A stretch of 64,000 bases of DNA from an uncultured delta proteobacterium. GTDB lineage: Bacteria > Desulfobacterota > Binatia > Binatales > Binataceae. Positions 8,039 through 17,913 of the stretch are shown here, piece after piece. Numbering within the stretch: position 1 is the first letter of the stretch; the number at the start of each line of letters is the position of its first letter. The translations under genes were made by a program, and so were the position numbers. The notes beneath the pieces were generated by a model. The model was not told the origin of the DNA. It was given only the letters and a program-made list of their open reading frames with translations, and did not search any database. Location of the stretch: assembly GCA_963724765.1 (NCBI GenBank), contig CAVRVY010000003.1:1024001-1088000 (forward strand). Reading direction: 5' to 3'.

Positions 8039-11000
8039 TGCGAGTTTCCATCCTTCGGCGACGCTGCTGGCGTTTGCTTAAGCGAGTAGAAGAGTTCCCA
8101 CAAGCTCGGCACCAGAAAGAGCGTCATCACAAGCGAGACCGTAAGGCCGCCGATTACCGAGCGCGCCAGCGGCGCGGAAGCTGCCGAGCCGGGCTCGAGC
8201 GCCATGGCCAGGGGCGCGAGGCCGGCGACTGTGGCCAGCGAGGTCATGAGGATGGGCCGCATGCGGATTCGCGCCGCCTCGACCGCGGCGTCGCGCAGCG
8301 GATGGCCAGCGAGGCGGCGCTCATTGGCGAAATCGATGAGCAGGATGGCGTTGGAGACGACGATCCCGATCATCACGATGACGCCCATCATCGATTCGAC
8401 ATTGATCGTGGTGTGGGTGGCCCAGAGCATCCAAGCCACGCCAATCAGGCCCATCGGCACCGAAAAAAGAAAAATCAAAGGATCGAGCCACGAGCTGCTC
8501 TGCGCCACGCCAACCAGATAGACAACGACGACGGCGAGCAAGAACCCGCCCTCCATGCTTTTGAAGGTCCTCTGCATGTTGACCACCGAGCCGCGAAAAT
8601 AAACTCTGACGTTGCGCGGCGGCTGCAAATTCTTGAGAGCCCGCTTCACGGCGTCCAGCGTACCGCCCAGGTCGCTGGTGCGAGGCGAGATCAGCACGTC
8701 CACGACGCGCTGGATGTTGTAGTGATCGGCTTCGGAAGGATAACGCGTTGGCCGCACGGTGGCGACGTCGCCGAGCAGAATGGATTGCTCATGACCCATG
8801 GCCGCGTCGCCCGGGGAACGGGCACTGGTGTAATTGTAGTCGTGATAGTTCGAACCAAGCCGAGTGCCGACTGGAATATCCAGGAGGGTGTGGAGCGAAT
8901 TAATATGTTCCTCGAAGTACTGGGCACTCAGATAGTAATCGTCCCCGTTGCGCGGGTCGATCCAGATGGACGGCTTGATCATGTTATTGCTATTAAGCGC
9001 GGTGATCAAATTGGTGATCACGGAGCGTTCCGTTATGCCCAGGCGCGCGGCTTTGGTGCGGTCCACGTTGATGTTCAAGGTGGGATAGCCGGCCACCTGC
9101 TTGATCATCAGCTGGCCCACTTCAGGCACCGAATTCAGCCGGGCTTCGACTTCGCGCGCAGTGGCGAACAGGGGCCCATAGTCCTCGCTCATGGGAGCGC
9201 TAAGCTGCACATTGATTGGCGCGCGCTCCCCGAAGTCGAGCACGGCGTCGACGATGCTGCCGGAGCTGAAGAACGTTTTTACGTTCGGCATTTCGCGGGC
9301 GATGGCTGAGCGTACCGCCTGCCGATAGTATGCGGTCGGCCGCTTGTGTCCGCTACGCAGGGCCACCATTATCTGGCCGGTGTCTTCGCCGGAATTCGGC
9401 GTATAGAGCGCCGAGATGTTGGGGACGACGCCCAGATTCGCGACGACATTTTCCAGATCAGACGGAGGCACTACACGATGAATGAGGGCGTTGATTTGCT
9501 GCGCCGTCATCGAGGTGAGTTCGAGCCGGGTGCCGACCGGCGTAACGATACTGATGGTGAACTTGCCGGAGTCGGTTTCCGGGAACATTCTAGTTCCAAG
9601 CCGTGGGAAGATGAACATCGAAGCAACGAATACTACGAGCGCCCCGCCGATTAGCAGGAACTTATGATTCATGGTCTGGTCGAGCAATGCGGCAAAACGC
9701 CTGGAAAACCGTTGGTAGCCCCGGTCGAAGGCCGCCAGGGGCCCGCGCCGATTATCAACGCCGGTTTTTTCGCGTTCCTCAGCCTGCCGGGCCTCTTCAG
9801 GATTAAGCAAGCGCGCGCAATAGATCGGAATAATCGACATCGAAACAATGTACGAGGCAACCATTGAAAAGAAGACCGCCAGCGCCAGGGCGCTGAAAAG
9901 CCTTTTGCTTACACCGAAGAGAAAAATCACCGGCAGGAAGACGACAATAGTGCTGATGGTCGATGCGAGGACCGCATAGGTCACTTCTCCAGCACCGTCG
10001 GCGGCCGCTTGTTCGGGTTTCTTGCCCATCGCGAGATGGCGGTTGATGTTTTCCAGCACGACGGTGGAGTCATCAACCAGGCGGCCGATCGCGAGTGTGA
10101 ACCCGCCGAGGGTCATGAGATTGATGGTTTGATCGCTTAGCGAGAGGCCCACCACGCCCGCCAGAATCGACAGCGGTATCGACAGGAAAATAGCGAAGGT
10201 GGATCGGAAGCTTCCGAGGAAGATGAGAATCATCAGCGAGGCGAGCAATGCGCCTGACACCGCCTCGTGTTCGAGCGCATGGACGGCGTCCAGGATGGTT
10301 CCGGCCTGGCTGAAGAGGGTTCCCACCTTCATATTGGGCGGCAAGCCAGTGACTTTTTGAACCGCATGCTTGACGCCGTCGATGACAGCCAAGGTGTTGG
10401 CGCCGGTTTGCTTGAAGATGGGAATATAGACGGAGGGTTTGCCGTCGATCAGCACCTGGTTGTACTGGATCGCGGAGGCCTTCTGTGCGTGGCCAATATC
10501 GCCAAAGTAGGTCGGTGCCTGGCTTGGACCGATCTTGATCGGGACGTGATTGAGCGCCTCGGCGGTGGGAATCTGAGCGTTAGAATAGATGTACCAGTCG
10601 TATGGACCGATTTTGGCATCGCCCGACGGAAGGATTTGATTGGTCGCGTTGATGGCGTTTACGGCATCATCCAGTGTGATGCCCTGGGCCTGAAGCTTCT
10701 GACGGTCAACATAGGCCATGATCTGGCGAATTTTGCCGCCGAACGGATAGGGCACCGAGGCACCTTCGACGGTGGCCATGAAATTGCGGACATTGTAGCG
10801 GCCTTCGTTCTGCAACTCGGTTTCGCTGTAAGGACCCGAGACCGTAACGAGGATTACTGGAATCGAGGACGAGGCGTTGTACTCCAAGACCAGCGGCGGC
10901 AAGGTACCCGGCGGCATCAACCCCAGGTCGCCCATGGCGAGCGTTGCCAGATTGGCGGCGCCGACACCGATATCGACGTCGGAATGGAAGTACACGGTGA

Positions 11001-11265
11001 TCGCACTGACGCCCGGAATGGAACGCGACTCGATGTGTTCAATGCCGTTGCCGAGAGTGAAAAAGCGCTCGTAACGGCTGGTAATATCCTGCTCCATCGC
11101 GAGCGGCGCGAATCCAGGATAAAAGGTCGCCACAACCGCGGCTTTGATATAGAGGCGGGGAAAGACGTCAACCGGCATCTGCGCGAACGCCATCACACCG
11201 AGGATCGTGATCAACAGTGCCGCGACGATAATTATATGTGGCTGGCGTAACGAAAACTGCGGCAT
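8035..11265 (-). CDS. RND efflux transporter permease (AcrB/CusA superfamily)
   Basis: 1076 aa; MPVDVFP, LAIGRLVDDSTVVLENI, GIVVSNAILLIDF, RMRPILMTSLAT. Confidence 0.96.
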   Translation of the reverse strand: MPQFSLRQPHIIIVAALLITILGVMAFAQMPVDVFPRLYIKAAVVATFYPGFAPLAMEQDITSRYERFFTLGNGIEHIESRSIPGVSAITVYFHSDVDIGVGAANLATLAMGDLGLMPPGTLPPLVLEYNASSSIPVILVTVSGPYSETELQNEGRYNVRNFMATVEGASVPYPFGGKIRQIMAYVDRQKLQAQGITLDDAVNAINATNQILPSGDAKIGPYDWYIYSNAQIPTAEALNHVPIKIGPSQAPTYFGDIGHAQKASAIQYNQVLIDGKPSVYIPIFKQTGANTLAVIDGVKHAVQKVTGLPPNMKVGTLFSQAGTILDAVHALEHEAVSGALLASLMILIFLGSFRSTFAIFLSIPLSILAGVVGLSLSDQTINLMTLGGFTLAIGRLVDDSTVVLENINRHLAMGKKPEQAAADGAGEVTYAVLASTISTIVVFLPVIFLFGVSKRLFSALALAVFFSMVASYIVSMSIIPIYCARLLNPEEARQAEEREKTGVDNRRGPLAAFDRGYQRFSRRFAALLDQTMNHKFLLIGGALVVFVASMFIFPRLGTRMFPETDSGKFTISIVTPVGTRLELTSMTAQQINALIHRVVPPSDLENVVANLGVVPNISALYTPNSGEDTGQIMVALRSGHKRPTAYYRQAVRSAIAREMPNVKTFFSSGSIVDAVLDFGERAPINVQLSAPMSEDYGPLFATAREVEARLNSVPEVGQLMIKQVAGYPTLNINVDRTKAARLGITERSVITNLITALNSNNMIKPSIWIDPRNGDDYYLSAQYFEEHINSLHTLLDIPVGTRLGSNYHDYNYTSARSPGDAAMGHEQSILLGDVATVRPTRYPSEADHYNIQRVVDVLISPRTSDLGGTLDAVKRALKNLQPPRNVRVYFRGSVVNMQRTFKSMEGGFLLAVVVVYLVGVAQSSSWLDPLIFLFSVPMGLIGVAWMLWATHTTINVESMMGVIVMIGIVVSNAILLIDFANERRLAGHPLRDAAVEAARIRMRPILMTSLATVAGLAPLAMALEPGSAASAPLARSVIGGLTVSLVMTLFLVPSLWELFYSLKQTPAASPKDGNSQ

Positions 11266-11803
11266 CTTTTCAAGTACTCCCGGCCAGAGGTTAGTTCGAA
11301 TCCAAAGCGCCGTTCAACGATCGAAGGACGTGGATTTCCGCTTGCGGCAGAGCCGAAGAAGCCAGATAGCCGAGAGTCGAGACAACGACGAGTAAGCCAC
11401 GCGCCAGCTGGATGGTCGAAAGCTCGCGGGGCGGGATGACCTGGCGCACCGCGTTCTCCACCTGTTACGCCGCCGCGCGAAGCAGCCGCATAAGGGTGCG
11501 GTCTGGCTGTAGGGATCTCTGTCGTCGGCGCGGCTGGGAGCGATTCGGAGACCGCAGCATTCGCATTCGCGGCGGCGCGGCCGTCCCGCGCGGCAAAGGG
11601 CTCGGCGCGGTCGGCGCGAAAGGCATTGCCTGCCATCGGAGCCGATTCTATCATCGCTCGTCCGTTCGGCAACCCGCCCGGTTGACCCTCCGATAACCCG
11701 CGGCGCTGCGGGGCGCCGACGGGTTTCGATACGCGCGTATTCGCCAATCCTCGGGCGCGTCGCGGCGCGCGGTGGCACAATGGTGTGGTAGGATCGTCAG
11801 GCC

Positions 11804-13843
11804 GTGGCCGACAAAGTGATCGTCCTGCGCCCTGCGCGCAAGGAAGTTGATGAGCGCAGCTTCCGCATCAAGTACGCCGAACTGCTCAATCCCTCGCAGC
11901 TCGCCGCCGTGACCCATCGCGAAGGCCCCATCCTGGTTATCGCCGGCGCCGGCTCGGGCAAGACGCGCACGCTGATTTACCGGGTCGCACGGCTGATCGA
12001 AAGCGGTGTCCCGCCAGGCGCTATCCTGCTGCTGACCTTCACCCGGCGCGCGTCGCAGGAGATGTTGCGGCGAGTCGAGCACCTGGTCGGCGATCGCACG
12101 CGCGCGGTGGCCGGCGGCACCTTTCACTCCTTCGCCAACCTGACGCTGCGCCAGTTCGGCTCCGCAATCGGGCTCAAACCCAATTTCACCATTCTCGACC
12201 GCTCGGACATGGAGGACGTTGTCAACCTGCTGCGGACGCGGATGGGCTTGGGCTCGCGCGATCGCCGCTTTCCCAAAAAGGGCGCCATCACCGAAGCGAT
12301 CAGCATGGCGCGCAACAAGCGGCGCGAGTTGGGTGAAGAGATCGAACTCGACTTTCCGCATCTCGCCGAGCATCGCGATGACCTCGTGCGGTTGGCCGCC
12401 GCTTACGACGCCTACAAGCGAGAGCGCGGATTGCTCGACTACGACGACCTGCTCTACCGCTTGGCCGAGCTGCTCGAGCAGCACGACAACGTCCGCCGGC
12501 GCCTCGGCGAGACTTACCGCTACATCATGATCGACGAGTACCAGGACACCAACCTGATCCAGGCCGAGCTGGTGCGGCTGCTCGCCGCGACCCATCGCAA
12601 CGTGATGGCGGTGGGCGACGACGCGCAATCGATCTATTCGTTTCGCGGCGCCAACTTCCGCAACATCATGGACTTTCCGGAAATCTTCCCCGGCGCGCGC
12701 GTCGTCAAGCTGGAACAGAACTACCGCTCGCTGCAGGGCATCCTCGACGTCGCCAACGAGGTCATCTCGCGCGCCGCCGACAAATACACCAAGGTGCTGG
12801 CCGCCGAGCGCCGCGGCGAGTTCCGCCCGCTGCTGATTCGCGCGCAGGACGAGCACATGCAATCGCGCTTTGTCGCCGAGCGCATCCTGGAGTTGCGCGA
12901 GCAGGGCGTGGAGCTGGGCGAAATCGCGGTGCTGTTCCGCTCCGGCTTCCACTCCTTCGACCTCGAACTCGAACTGCAGCGCCGCGACATCCCGTTCATC
13001 AAGCGCGGCGGCTTCAAGTTCATCGAGACCGCCCATATAAAAGACGTGCTCGCGCATCTGCGCGTGATCGTCAATCCCACCGACGCGGTGTCATGGCTGC
13101 GCGCGCTGATGCTGGTGCCCGGAGTCGGCCATCGCCGCGCCGAGCGCCTGATCGAGGAAATCGTCGCCGCGCCCCAGCCCGAGCAGGCGCTGATGCGCGC
13201 CGCCGAGTCGATCGGCGGTGCTACGCGCTCAAGCGGCGGCGCGGGCGCCGGTGGAACAGCCGCGGCTGCGGAGCGGCTCGCCGCCCTGCTGGCGGAGTTG
13301 CGGCGCGACACCGAAGCGCGACCCGCCGACCAGATTGCGCGGACGCTCGAGTACTACCTGCCGCTGATGCGCGAGAGCTACCCGGACGACTATCCCAAGC
13401 GCGAGCGCGACCTCGAACACTTCCAGACCATCACCGAGCGCTACCGCAGTCTCGAATCGATGCTGGCTGACGTGGCGCTCGAACCGCCCAACGATTCGCT
13501 GGGCGACGTGCTCGCGGTCGAGCCCGAGGAGGGCTACCTGACGCTCAGCACCATCCACTCGGCCAAGGGGTTGGAGTGGCGCGTGGTGTTTTTGATCTGG
13601 GCCGCCGACGGGCGCTTCCCCGGCCCGCAGAGCGTCGGCGCGGAGGAATTGGAAGAGGAGCGCCGCCTGATGTACGTCGCCAGCACACGCGCGCGCGACG
13701 AATTGTACATCTCGTATCCGATTCACATGTTCGACCGCGCGATGGGTTACACGCTCGGCCGCGTGTCGCGGTTTCTGGAAGATGTTTCGGGCGAGGTCCT
13801 GCCTACCGCCTCGCTCCAGGAGTCCGACGAAGAGCCGGGTTGA
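11804..13843 (+). CDS. UvrD/PcrA/Rep-family ATP-dependent DNA helicase
   Basis: AGAGSGKT, IDEYQD, VGDDAQSIYSFRGA, LEQNYRS, STIHSAKGLEW, EERRLMYVASTRA. Confidence 0.95.
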   Translation: MADKVIVLRPARKEVDERSFRIKYAELLNPSQLAAVTHREGPILVIAGAGSGKTRTLIYRVARLIESGVPPGAILLLTFTRRASQEMLRRVEHLVGDRTRAVAGGTFHSFANLTLRQFGSAIGLKPNFTILDRSDMEDVVNLLRTRMGLGSRDRRFPKKGAITEAISMARNKRRELGEEIELDFPHLAEHRDDLVRLAAAYDAYKRERGLLDYDDLLYRLAELLEQHDNVRRRLGETYRYIMIDEYQDTNLIQAELVRLLAATHRNVMAVGDDAQSIYSFRGANFRNIMDFPEIFPGARVVKLEQNYRSLQGILDVANEVISRAADKYTKVLAAERRGEFRPLLIRAQDEHMQSRFVAERILELREQGVELGEIAVLFRSGFHSFDLELELQRRDIPFIKRGGFKFIETAHIKDVLAHLRVIVNPTDAVSWLRALMLVPGVGHRRAERLIEEIVAAPQPEQALMRAAESIGGATRSSGGAGAGGTAAAAERLAALLAELRRDTEARPADQIARTLEYYLPLMRESYPDDYPKRERDLEHFQTITERYRSLESMLADVALEPPNDSLGDVLAVEPEEGYLTLSTIHSAKGLEWRVVFLIWAADGRFPGPQSVGAEELEEERRLMYVASTRARDELYISYPIHMFDRAMGYTLGRVSRFLEDVSGEVLPTASLQESDEEPG

Positions 13844-13880
13844 GGGCAGGATTTCCAGCAGCCGCCGCCTACTATGCAGC

Positions 13881-14390
13881 TCAGTTCGCGCGAGCAGTCT
13901 TCGGCTTATCCGGGTTGACGAGAGGATACTGGAGCTGCGCGATAACGTCGTTCAAAGAGTTCTTTGCGTCGCCCGCAAGCTCCAGTTGCGCGAATCTGTT
14001 CAGCGCCGACTCGTGAACCACCATCGAATGCGCAACCTCGCGCTCGCTATCCGGAGCGGCGCTCTCAACCGCGCGAAACTTTTCGAGATACCAATTGGTG
14101 ATCCCCGCAATTTCCTCCATATGCTGAAGCCAGGACTTTGACGCATAGCCCTTGGCGAACTCCGCAACCCGCTCGCTCACATCCACCTGCACAATGCTCA
14201 GGCCAAGCTGCGTCAGGAATGGCCGCAATCTGGCTTTGGTTTCTGTTTCAAGCTGAAGAAGCGTCCCCCACTTGTATCGGCGCTCCGCGTTCTCTTCGAG
14301 GCCGACATAACTGGCGAAAACCGCTTCTCCCAATACCTCACCCTGGTACAGGAATTCGTTCACCGCACTGAGATATTCGGTTCGGTTCAT
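13881..14390 (-). CDS. Hypothetical helical protein, possibly ferritin-like
   Basis: ATG at 14390; all-helical pattern with spaced Glu/His residues (YQGEVLGE, QLETET, VHESA). Confidence 0.6.
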   Translation of the reverse strand: MNRTEYLSAVNEFLYQGEVLGEAVFASYVGLEENAERRYKWGTLLQLETETKARLRPFLTQLGLSIVQVDVSERVAEFAKGYASKSWLQHMEEIAGITNWYLEKFRAVESAAPDSEREVAHSMVVHESALNRFAQLELAGDAKNSLNDVIAQLQYPLVNPDKPKTARAN

Positions 14391-14647
14391 TTTTGTCCTG
14401 CCCCCATCGATTCGGCAGTAGGATAAACCGTCTCTATTCAAGGTTCAATCGAGTAACTAATTGCTCCGCGCGGCGCGGCTGCCGATCAGTCGCCGAAAAG
14501 ATGGCGGCGATCGGCCGCGTCGAACGGTTTATCGGGCCCGCAAAATCCCTGGTCGGGCATTTGCGCGGTTCCCTGTGCGACCCGTGGCAGCGCCCGCGCG
14601 CGGCGCGCGTCAGCTTCCGGTTCTGGCGACCCGCATAGAGCCAGCGC

Positions 14648-15115
14648 TTACTTGACGTACAGGAAAATCCCCTCGTAGATGAGCGCCGGCTTCTCCTGTC
14701 CTACCACCTCGACCTGAGTCTCCGTCGTGACCTGCGTTCCCTGCGGCTTGGGTTCGACCGCGACCACCCGCGAGCGAGCATGGACCTTGGCGCCAGCCGG
14801 GACGGGCGAGATGAAGCGCAGCTTGTTCGCGCCGTAGTTGACTACGTTGCGGAAGCTCGTGACGTTCCACTCGCGCGGGATTTCGAAGGCGGGTATGAGG
14901 CTGAGCGTGAGAAAGCCGTGCGCGACCGGCGTCTTGAATGGGCTCTCGCGCTTGGCGCGTTCGATATCGACATGGATCCATTGATGGTCGCCGGTCACGT
15001 CGGCGAACTGGTTGATCTTGTCCTGCGTCACGTCGATCGGTTTGCTCCAGGCGCTGAATTCCTGGCTGACCTTCGAGCGAAGTTTGTCGATGTCGTCAAA
15101 GCGGATGTTCTCCAT
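14648..15115 (-). CDS. MaoC-family (hotdog fold) dehydratase
   Basis: FADVTGDHQWIHVD, AHGFLTLS, NYGANKLRF. Confidence 0.93.
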   Translation of the reverse strand: MENIRFDDIDKLRSKVSQEFSAWSKPIDVTQDKINQFADVTGDHQWIHVDIERAKRESPFKTPVAHGFLTLSLIPAFEIPREWNVTSFRNVVNYGANKLRFISPVPAGAKVHARSRVVAVEPKPQGTQVTTETQVEVVGQEKPALIYEGIFLYVK

Positions 15116-15208
15116 GGCCTTCCTCCCGTAGCGATACGCGATTGTCCTGGTTTTGTGCGCGTGAGCAAAGCAGCGCGAAAGTTTGAAAGAATAGTTGCAC
15201 GCGCGTCC

Positions 15209-15766
15209 TCAAGCCCCCTGGGCGCCTGCTGCGGCTTTGGCAGATGCGCGAGCGGACGCGCCCCGATCCAGCGATACCGCCGGCTTGCGCGCGCGCGCAA
15301 GCCGCGTCTTGAGCGCAGCCTGTGCGCCCGGTCCGGGAATCATCTTTGCGTCGAGCCATCCGATCGAACGGCCGTCGCGGCTGGTAACGCGGACTTCGAT
15401 CGGCTGGGCGCTGGCGCGGTCGACCACGATCACCGGAACCCGGTCGGGTCCGACTACCCACTGGTCGCCCCATTCCCTAAGCGCCATCAAGACCGGAAAC
15501 AGCGCGCGCCCCTTTTCGGTCATTCGGTATTCGACGCGCCGCGCGTCGTCGGGAACGACGGAGCGCTCCAGAATTCCGCGCGCGACCAGCTTTTTAAGGC
15601 GCGCGGCGAGAATATTGCGGGCGATCCCAAGGTTGCCCTGGAACCGGTCGAAACGCCGCGTGCCCATCAAGGCCTCGCGCACGATCAGGAAGGTCCACCA
15701 CTCGCCGATCTGCTCGAGCGCGCGGGCGATCGAGCAATTCATGTGGGCGAAGGTCTTGCGCCGCAT
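15209..15766 (-). CDS. HxlR-family winged-helix transcriptional regulator
   Basis: CSIARALEQIGEWWTFLIVRE...RRFDRFQ..LGIARNILAARL...EYRMTEKG. Confidence 0.92.
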   Translation of the reverse strand: MRRKTFAHMNCSIARALEQIGEWWTFLIVREALMGTRRFDRFQGNLGIARNILAARLKKLVARGILERSVVPDDARRVEYRMTEKGRALFPVLMALREWGDQWVVGPDRVPVIVVDRASAQPIEVRVTSRDGRSIGWLDAKMIPGPGAQAALKTRLARARKPAVSLDRGASARASAKAAAGAQGA

Positions 15767-15769
15767 CAG

Positions 15770-15803
15770 GTAAGCGTAACACGCTTACGTTTCATGATGC
15801 AAC
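15770..15803 (-). promoter_or_regulatory. Probable leaderless promoter of the HxlR gene with overlapping palindromic operator(s)
   Basis: Minus strand reads TTGCAT-18-TACGCT (extended TG) with 6 nt to ATG. Perfect inverted repeat GTAAGCGT-AAC-ACGCTTAC at 15770-15788; imperfect GTTTCATGATGCAAC at 15789-15803. Confidence 0.5.
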
Positions 15804-15818
15804 TTATTTTGACCCTCC

Positions 15819-15900
15819 CGGTAGAGGCGGTTCTAGAGACATTTAGAACCGCCTGTAGACCCCCACCTCAATCCTCCCCCACGACAATTGGGGGAGGAAG
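15819..15900 (+). repeat. Double-hairpin REP-like intergenic element, copy 1
   Basis: GTAG followed by hairpin AGGCGGTTCTA/TAGAACCGCCT (15825-15854), then TCCTCCCCCA/TGGGGGAGGA (15872-15898). An inverted homologue lies at ~25290-25372. Confidence 0.75.
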
Positions 15901-15962
15901 TTAAGTGTGAGTCAAGACTGTGATCGACCGGGGGCGTGCGGGCCGCCGCGATGAAACCGCGC

Positions 15963-16931
15963 TTACGCGGCCGCCTGCGCGAGGCGTGCGTAGTGGGCCG
16001 CGATCTCGCGTCCGATGATCTCCACCTGCTGCGCCCAGGCTTGCGGCTCGGCCACCGGCCATAGGACGAACTTGTCCAGGCCCAATGCGATATACTCGTC
16101 GACCCGCTTGATGACGTCCTCGGGTGAGCCGAATACAGTGCGGCTGAAAAACTCTTCGCCGCCGCGGTCGAACGAGCGCACCACCGGCTCCAGTTCGGCC
16201 CTGGCGCGCTCGCGCGAGGGGCCCAGGCGGCAGAGCAGAATCAGGCCCGACTCGATACGCGCGTTGGCCCGCCCGTATTCGGCTGCGTAGCCGCGGATGG
16301 CAACCATGTTGCGCGCGAATTCCTCCGGCGTAAGGAAGGAGGCGAAATAACCGTCGGCCATCCGCGCCGTGCGCCGCAGCGCCGCCTCCGACTTGCCGCC
16401 GACCCAGATGTCGATCGTGCCCGAGTCGTTGTTGGTGCGCCGCGCCGGATGCGGCTCGAGCGTTACGTTGTCGAAATTGAAGAAGCGGCCGTGATGGCTC
16501 ACGTTGGATTGGGTCCACACCTTGCGCAGCACGTCGACGCCCTCGTCCAGGCGCCGCCCGCGCGTCTCCAGCGCAATCCCGGTCGCCGCGTAATCGGCCA
16601 GGTTCGCCCCGGTGCCGACCGCCATCACCATCCGCCCGTGCGAGTAGTAGTCGAGCGTCGCGAACGACTTGGCCACCGTCAGCGGATGGCGCAGGTTGAG
16701 CAGCAGCACGCTGGGGCCCAGCTTGATGCGCGAGGTGCGCGAGGCGAGCACCGCTAGGGTTGCGACCACGTCGAGTTCGGGCGAGGGTGACAGCAGATGG
16801 TCCGAGAGCCAGAAGGAGTCGAGTCCCCAGTCCTCGGCCTTCTCGGCCACGTGCACGATGGTTTCTGGCGTCGGCATCCCGAGCCGCCAAAGGCCGAATC
16901 CGACCCCGATCTTGACCTGCTTCATAACCAT
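15963..16931 (-). CDS. LLM-class flavin/F420-dependent oxidoreductase
   Basis: AEDWGLDSFWLSDH, TSRIKLG, HPLTVAKSFATLD..SHGR, IWVGG. Confidence 0.9.
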   Translation of the reverse strand: MVMKQVKIGVGFGLWRLGMPTPETIVHVAEKAEDWGLDSFWLSDHLLSPSPELDVVATLAVLASRTSRIKLGPSVLLLNLRHPLTVAKSFATLDYYSHGRMVMAVGTGANLADYAATGIALETRGRRLDEGVDVLRKVWTQSNVSHHGRFFNFDNVTLEPHPARRTNNDSGTIDIWVGGKSEAALRRTARMADGYFASFLTPEEFARNMVAIRGYAAEYGRANARIESGLILLCRLGPSRERARAELEPVVRSFDRGGEEFFSRTVFGSPEDVIKRVDEYIALGLDKFVLWPVAEPQAWAQQVEIIGREIAAHYARLAQAAA

Positions 16932-16980
16932 CTCTCCTTAACTATGACCCCTCTCGTTTAGCCGGATAGTACCATAGCGG

Positions 16981-17757
16981 ATGCCCGCCGGATCGGGTAA
17001 TCTGTCGCCGGTGAGCGAGCTTGGAGTAACCGTATTGGGCGCGGGCGATGCCTTCGCAAGCGGAGGCCAGCTTCAGGCCGGCTACGTTATCGAAGCCGAC
17101 GGAGCGCATATTCTGATGGAAGCCGGGCCGACGTTGCTCCCGGCGCTCAAGCGCGCCAGGATCAATCCCGCCGATCTCGACTTCATTCTTATCAGCCATC
17201 TGCATGGCGACCATTTCGCCGGGTTGCCCTTCCTGATGCTGCAGTACATGTGGGAGAGCCCGCGCAAGCGCATACTGACCATCGCTGGCCCGCGGCATCT
17301 CGAGCAGCGCACCCGTGCACTCTTTCATAACATGTATCCTGGTATGAATACGCACCCACTGATGCGCAAGCTGAGGTTCGTCGAGCTCGAGGCCGGACGG
17401 ACCGTGCGCGTGGGCCCGGCGCGCGTCGCCACCATCCGCACGCCGCATACCAAGCCCGACGTATCGCTCGCGCTGCGGGTGACCATCGGCGGCAGATCGT
17501 TGGCGTTCTCGGGCGACAGCGGATGGACCGACGAACTGGTGAAAATTAGCGCGGGTGCGGATTTGTTCCTGTGCGAGTGCACTTACTTCGAGAGCAACCA
17601 TCTCGAGTTCCATCTCAACTACCCGACCATCGAACGCAACCGCGGCCGCTTCACGGCCAAGCGCATGATCCTGACGCATCTGGGCCGCGAAGTGCTCGAG
17701 CGCCATGGCGATGTCGGGATGGAGATGGCGAAAGACCTGATGAAAATCACCGCCTGA
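16981..17757 (+). CDS. MBL-fold metallo-hydrolase (RNase Z/BN-like)
   Basis: VLGAGDAF, SHLHGDH, FSGDSGW, LTHLG; the start may be GTG at 17011. Confidence 0.88.
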   Translation: MPAGSGNLSPVSELGVTVLGAGDAFASGGQLQAGYVIEADGAHILMEAGPTLLPALKRARINPADLDFILISHLHGDHFAGLPFLMLQYMWESPRKRILTIAGPRHLEQRTRALFHNMYPGMNTHPLMRKLRFVELEAGRTVRVGPARVATIRTPHTKPDVSLALRVTIGGRSLAFSGDSGWTDELVKISAGADLFLCECTYFESNHLEFHLNYPTIERNRGRFTAKRMILTHLGREVLERHGDVGMEMAKDLMKITA

Positions 17758-17913
17758 TGGGCCGATGAAAATCACCACCGACGGCCTTTGAGCCGCGCCC
17801 GCGGGCTGGCTATGCTCGTGGGTGGGCGGTTGTCCACCCGCGCGCCGGTTTTCGACCCGGCGTGCCGCGGCGGCCCGCGCAAACAAGTAAGAAAAGAACA
17901 AAGGAGCCTCCCG

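Noticed and set aside
8038-13057. Long antisense ORFs opposite the RND and helicase genes (e.g. 8038..9309 +, 11651..13057 -), and likewise opposite the atp and glnE genes
   Set aside because: Shadow ORFs typical of high-GC coding DNA; no motifs, and fully overlapped by confident genes.
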